Below, in pieces: positions 60,642 through 64,000 of a DNA stretch of 64,000 nucleotides. The stretch's first letter is position 1; each line of letters begins with the position of its first letter. The DNA lies in NCBI GenBank assembly GCA_963829295.1, contig CAWHHU010000006.1, forward strand, positions 198,200-262,199. The letters run 5' to 3'. The notes beneath the pieces were generated by a model. It did not search any database and was not told where the DNA came from. It saw only the letters and a program-made list of their open reading frames with translations. The position numbers and the translations under genes were made by a program. The DNA is from an uncultured Chloroflexia bacterium (GTDB lineage: Bacteria > Chloroflexota > Limnocylindria > Limnocylindrales > CSP1-4).

Positions 60642-61576
60642 CCCTTCTCGAGCAGCGGCCGGACCTCGGTCGCGAACCGGGTCATCGACTCCTCGTCATA
60701 GTTCGCCGGCACGCCAGCGATGAGATGGCGGTAGCCGATCTCGAGGTACGGAGCGAGCTTCGCGGCCACGTCCTCGGGGGTGCCAACCGGCTGGTCCTCC
60801 CAGTGCCTGGCAACGCGATTTCGGTCGAACGCCTCGTGGAACAGCCGCTCCGCCTCGGCACGATCGTCGCGGATGAACACGGTGCCCACCCCGGTTGAGC
60901 GCTCGATCTCGGCCGGATCGCGTCCGACCGTCTCGCAGTGCCGGAGCAGCACCTGCTCCTTGTGACGCACCTCGGCGATGCCGCCACCCACGTTGTTCAT
61001 GTCCGCGTACTGCGCGACGAGCTTGAGGGTGACCTTCTCCCCGCCGCCGCCGATGCAGATCGGGAGATGCGGCTGTACCGGCCCCGGCAGGTTGCGGGTG
61101 CCTTTCGCACGGTAGTGGGGGCCCGTCGCCGACGGCTCGCCGCCGTCGAGCATCCCGCGCATGACGGGCAGCGCCTCGCCCAGCCATCGCAGGCGCTCCG
61201 GGAAGCCGGACCCGAACTCGAGCCCGAACGCCTCGTGCTCCTCCTCGAACCAGGCGCCGCCGATGCCGAGAATGGCGCGCCCGCCCGAGATGTGATCGAG
61301 CGTCGTGGCGAGCTTGGCGGTCAGGGTTGGCTCGCGGAACGTGTTCGCGCCGACCATCAGGCCGACGTGGATCTGCTTCGTCGCCTGCGCCCAGGCCGTG
61401 ATCGTCAGCCAGCCTTCGTAGTTGGGTCCGTGCGAGTCGCCCACGATCGGGTACAGGTGATCCCAGGTCCAGAGGGTGTCGTAGCCGAGCCGGTCGGCCC
61501 GCACGCCGGCTTCGTGCAGCCGCGGCCATTCGGTGTACTGGTTCCAGCAGAGAGCGCCGATCTTGATCCTGCTCAT
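60638..61576 (-). CDS. LLM-class (luciferase-like) F420-dependent oxidoreductase
   Basis: TIM-barrel LLM family features: 'LWTWDHLY' and 'GRAILGIGGAWFEEEHEAFG'. Confidence 0.75.
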   Translation of the reverse strand: MSRIKIGALCWNQYTEWPRLHEAGVRADRLGYDTLWTWDHLYPIVGDSHGPNYEGWLTITAWAQATKQIHVGLMVGANTFREPTLTAKLATTLDHISGGRAILGIGGAWFEEEHEAFGLEFGSGFPERLRWLGEALPVMRGMLDGGEPSATGPHYRAKGTRNLPGPVQPHLPICIGGGGEKVTLKLVAQYADMNNVGGGIAEVRHKEQVLLRHCETVGRDPAEIERSTGVGTVFIRDDRAEAERLFHEAFDRNRVARHWEDQPVGTPEDVAAKLAPYLEIGYRHLIAGVPANYDEESMTRFATEVRPLLEKG

Positions 61577-61634
61577 GCAACCAGTCTATGGGACCTTCCG
61601 GACCCGGCGCGGCGCAGCACTCCGCGCAAGGCGG

Positions 61635-64000
61635 CTATCGGACGACGATGTTGATCAGTTTCCCGCCCCCCGCGTGGATGATCCGCTGGGGCTCCTTGCC
61701 GCCCAGCGTCGCGACGACCTTGTCACGAGCCAGCACGACCTGCTCCAGCTCCACCTCGCTGATGCCCGAGGGAACCGTGACCCGGTCACGCAGCCTGCCG
61801 TTGACCTGGATCGGCACCTCGCGGGTCGCCTCGATGATCGCGGTCTCATCGACGTCCGGCCAGCGCTGGACGTGGATCGACTCCCAGGCATCCCCGTGGG
61901 CTGCGGCCAGCCGCTCCCACAGCTCGTCCGCGATGTGCGGGGCGGCCGGCGCCAGCATCAGCAGCAGCAGCCGCACGGCCTCGTCCCACTCGGGCAATCC
62001 TGCGACTGACGTACCCCGATACCGGAGCAGCAGGTTCGAGAGCTCCATCAGCTTCGCGATCATCGTGTTCCAGCGGAAGCCTTCGTAGTCCACCGTCACG
62101 TCGCGCAGCGTGCGATGCGCCGCCGTGCGCAGGTGGTCGCGGGCGTCGGACTCGTCCTCGCCGGCGGGCAGCGCGCCGCCGGTCTGGTCGCCCGGATCCC
62201 GGCCGTGCGGATCGAGCACGATCGTCCAGATGCGGTTGAGGAACTTGTGGACGCCGGCGATCCCGGTCGGGCTCCACGGCCCGCCCTGGTCCCAGGGGCC
62301 CATGAACATCAGGAACAGGCGCACGGTGTCCGCGCCGTACCGCGCGACCAGCGCGTCGGGGTCCTCGACGTTGCCCCGGCTCTTGCTCATCCGCTCGCCG
62401 TCGGCGCCCAGGATCTGGCCCTGGTTGAACAGCCGCTTGAACGGCTCACCCTCGTGGACGAGGCCGAGGTCGCGCATCGCCTTGGTGAAGAACCGGCTGT
62501 ACAGCAGGTGCATCACGGCGTGCTCGGCGCCGCCCGTGTACTGGTCCACGGGGGTCCACTCGCGGACCATGTGCTCGTCGGCCGGGCCGTCGGTCTTGTG
62601 GGGCGACAGGTAGCGGAACCAGTACCACGACGAATCGATGAACGTGTCCAGCGTGTCCGTCTCGCGCTTCGCGGCCCCACCGCACGACGGGCACGCGACG
62701 TTGAGGAACGCCTCGTCCCGGTTGAGCGGGTTCTCGCCGCTGCCCTGGTAGTCGACCGTGTCCGGCAGGAGCACCGGCAGCTGGTCCTCGGGCACCGGGA
62801 CGGCGCCGCACTGCTGGCAGTGGATGACCGGGATCGGCGTGCCCCAGTAGCGCTGGCGGCTGACCAGCCAGTCGCGCAGCCGGTAGGTGACCGCCTGGCG
62901 GCCCTTGCCCCGGCCCTCGAGCCAGCCCACGATCTCGTGCCATGCGTCAGCGGCCGGACGGCCGCTGAACCGACCGGAGTTGACCATCACCTCGTCGGTG
63001 GTGTGCTCGACGAACGCCGCGGTCAGCTCCTCGTCCGGATCCGCGTCCCTGGGCATCACGACCTTGACGATCGGCAGGCCGAACTGGCGGGCGAACGCGA
63101 AGTCACGCTCGTCGTGCGCGGGCACCGCCATGATCGCGCCGGTGCCGTAGGTGGCCAGGACGTAGTCGGCGATGAAGATCGGGATCCGCTCCCCGTTGAC
63201 CGGGTTGATCGCGTCCGCGCCGATCGCGACGCCGGTCTTCTCGCGATCGGTCGACAGCCGGTCGATCTCGGTGCGCGCCTCCGTCTGCGTGACGTACGCC
63301 TCGACCTCGGCCCGCCGCTCGGGCGCGGTCAGCGTCCTGACCAGCGGGTGCTCGGGTGCGAGGACCATGAACGTCGCGCCGAACAGCGTGTCGGGGCGGG
63401 TCGTGAACACCCGCAGCTCCTCGCCGCCGGCGTGATGGGCGGACGGCGCGGTCTCGAACACGATCTCGGCGCCCGACGAGCGCCCGATCCAGTTGGTCTG
63501 CATGATCCGGATCGGGTCCGGCCAGTCGATGCCGCCGAAGTCGAGCAGCTCGTCCGCGTAGTTCGTGATCCGCAGGTACCACTGCGCCAGCTCGCGCTTC
63601 TCGACCTTCGCGCCGCACCGCCAGCAGTGCCGGTCGACACCCTCGACCTGCTCACGCGCCAGCGTCCCGTCGTTCGGACACCAGTCGACGGGCGAGACCG
63701 CGCGATACGCCAGGTCGTGTGTGAGCAGCTGGATGAACAGCCACTGGTTCCAGCGGTAGTACCCGGGATCGCAGGTGATGACCTCCGAGGCCCAGTCCCA
63801 CGCCGCGCCCATCGTGCGCAGCTGGCGGCGCATCGTCTCGATATTCGCCATCGTCCAGTCGCGCGGGTTGACCCCGTTCTTGATCGCGGCGTTCTCGGCG
63901 GGCAGCCCGTACGCGTCGAAGCCCACCGGCATGAACACGTTGTCGCCGTGCATTCGCCGGTAGCGGCCGATCGCGTCCGTCGGCGTCTTGACGTACCAGT
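61635..64000 (-). CDS. leuS: Leucine--tRNA ligase, C-terminal ~770 aa (N-terminus beyond the window end)
   Basis: 'VMSKS' variant 'KMSKSRGNV'; CP1 editing and anticodon-binding domains; C-terminal 'GKLINIVV'. The ORF is still open at 64000. Confidence 0.9.
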   Translation of the reverse strand, partial: WYVKTPTDAIGRYRRMHGDNVFMPVGFDAYGLPAENAAIKNGVNPRDWTMANIETMRRQLRTMGAAWDWASEVITCDPGYYRWNQWLFIQLLTHDLAYRAVSPVDWCPNDGTLAREQVEGVDRHCWRCGAKVEKRELAQWYLRITNYADELLDFGGIDWPDPIRIMQTNWIGRSSGAEIVFETAPSAHHAGGEELRVFTTRPDTLFGATFMVLAPEHPLVRTLTAPERRAEVEAYVTQTEARTEIDRLSTDREKTGVAIGADAINPVNGERIPIFIADYVLATYGTGAIMAVPAHDERDFAFARQFGLPIVKVVMPRDADPDEELTAAFVEHTTDEVMVNSGRFSGRPAADAWHEIVGWLEGRGKGRQAVTYRLRDWLVSRQRYWGTPIPVIHCQQCGAVPVPEDQLPVLLPDTVDYQGSGENPLNRDEAFLNVACPSCGGAAKRETDTLDTFIDSSWYWFRYLSPHKTDGPADEHMVREWTPVDQYTGGAEHAVMHLLYSRFFTKAMRDLGLVHEGEPFKRLFNQGQILGADGERMSKSRGNVEDPDALVARYGADTVRLFLMFMGPWDQGGPWSPTGIAGVHKFLNRIWTIVLDPHGRDPGDQTGGALPAGEDESDARDHLRTAAHRTLRDVTVDYEGFRWNTMIAKLMELSNLLLRYRGTSVAGLPEWDEAVRLLLLMLAPAAPHIADELWERLAAAHGDAWESIHVQRWPDVDETAIIEATREVPIQVNGRLRDRVTVPSGISEVELEQVVLARDKVVATLGGKEPQRIIHAGGGKLINIVVR

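Overview
This is a 64 kb, roughly 70–72 % GC window with dense coding on both strands, and its gene content points to a high-GC Gram-positive (actinobacterial-type) chromosome. Pointers are opcA next to zwf, an LCP-family envelope protein, a lipoprotein lipobox, an F420-type LLM oxidoreductase and an MshD-like tandem GNAT. That taxonomic reading is an inference.

Most genes are housekeeping ones I recognise from conserved motifs:
- Selenocysteine machinery: the selA 3' end, selB and mobA.
- Two ECF sigma modules.
- An SbcD/SbcC-like nuclease–ATPase pair.
- An Rrf2 regulator next to an ssuACB-like ABC importer.
- A complete oxidative pentose-phosphate operon on the minus strand: tkt, rpiB, gnd, zwf, opcA and pgl, with no tal.
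- Stand-alone core genes: corA, citrate synthase, psuG, pyrG and rho.
- The obg–nadD–rsfS trio.
- holA, an HD-domain gene, comEC and comEA.
- The 3' part of leuS.

I found no tRNA, rRNA or CRISPR array.

The parts that deserve a second look:
1. A minus-strand mini-operon at 59.0–59.8 kb: a 33-aa membrane peptide, an 83-aa protein and a three-repeat AAL/RSL-type fucose-lectin β-propeller homologue. It sits divergently from a zf-CGNR regulator, with palindromic GTAAC-rich boxes in the shared intergenic region.
2. An SbcC-like ATPase with two central transmembrane helices, paired with SbcD (YhaO/YhaN-like).
3. An anti-sigma factor whose extracellular part is a duplicated domain plus BNR (Ycf48-like) propeller repeats.
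4. An ECF sigma factor with a C-terminal transmembrane extension.
5. Two apparently frameshifted genes (a nitroreductase and a serine-hydrolase/β-lactamase-family gene) on either side of pyrG.
6. Several tandem repeats and hairpins at gene starts.

All coordinates come from ORF-track arithmetic and motif reading; I ran no database search.
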